Shown piece after piece: positions 63,845 through 64,000 of a stretch of 64,000 bases of DNA. Within the stretch, counting starts at the first letter, position 1. Each line of letters begins with the position of its first letter. Under the pieces are notes generated by a model. The model made no database searches and had not been told where the DNA came from. It was given only the letters and a program-made list of their open reading frames with translations. The position numbers and the translations under genes are program-made. The DNA is from an uncultured Candidatus Saccharibacteria bacterium (GTDB lineage Bacteria; Patescibacteriota; Doudnabacteria; UBA920; O2-02-FULL-48-8): NCBI GenBank assembly GCA_964605735.1, contig CAZSDS010000001.1, positions 262,771 to 326,770 on the forward strand, read 5' to 3'.

Positions 63845-64000
63845 TTACTTAACGACAAAAACAAACTTTAGATTCTTCAAATCAGCAACAGGAGCCACGT
63901 AAGCCTGTTGAAACAATTCAGAAGCGCCGGTTTTTATGGCATTAATTTCACCTACGAGCAATCCGCGGGGAAAATCGCCTGACAAACCAGATGTAATGAT
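63845..64000 (-). CDS. mreC: Rod shape-determining protein MreC, C-terminal fragment (gene continues past window end)
   Basis: Own translation gives ...IITSGLSGDFPRGLLVGEINAIKTGASELFQQAYVAPVADLKNLKFVFVVK*. The FPRGLxVG motif is MreC-typical. Confidence 0.65.
   Translation of the reverse strand: MITSGLSGDFPRGLLVGEINAIKTGASELFQQAYVAPVADLKNLKFVFVVK

Noticed and set aside
1-64000. CRISPR arrays, rRNA genes, prophage structural genes
   Set aside because: No regularly spaced direct repeats, no rRNA-like conserved stretches, and no capsid, terminase or tail-like ORFs were seen. The only mobile-element protein is the IS481 transposase.

Overview
This is a low-GC (~40-45%), gene-dense bacterial window with short intergenic spacers, frequent ATGA start/stop overlaps and reduced-genome gene content (glycosyltransferase-rich, many small membrane proteins). 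It resembles a Patescibacteria/CPR-type genome, possibly Saccharibacteria-like; that is inference from gene content only. Positions 1 to ~16100 carry one long minus-strand array: pepF N-terminus, MazG-like, tRNA-Gly, ppiC, ftsB-like, lepA, murJ, a DUF4012-like protein, ftsW, murD, a D-aminoacylase, mraY and dacA, followed by trxA, a run of small membrane and stress proteins, and trhO. Positions ~18300-23070 form a mosaic, probably horizontally acquired island. It holds an IS481-family transposase, two genes of ~60% GC with their own promoters and GC-rich terminators, a DUF2975/YozG-like HTH pair, a Cys-rich 46-aa ORF with a strong SD, and tRNA-Gln. Next come dnaX, gtrA, and a five-gene minus-strand operon at 26264-32997 containing a VirD4/TraG-like ATPase and a 1029-aa acidic membrane protein, transcribed divergently from cysS. 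After that are dnaB, recR, rplU, a glycosylation locus (WecA-like, a processive GT2 and two GT39/PMT-like genes) and an ECF sigma/anti-sigma pair. A translationally coupled four-gene operon at 50357-54938 (Acg-like nitroreductase, E1/ThiF-like enzyme, Glu/Leu/Phe/Val-type dehydrogenase, PaaK-like adenylating enzyme) runs into a histidine kinase and sits beside an orphan receiver. The window ends with ftsQ-like, serS, lysS, msrA, greA, mrdA, mreD and a partial mreC. No CRISPR array and no rRNA were seen. CDS coordinates follow the ORF track; promoter, terminator and tRNA coordinates are hand-derived and may be off by 1-2 nt.
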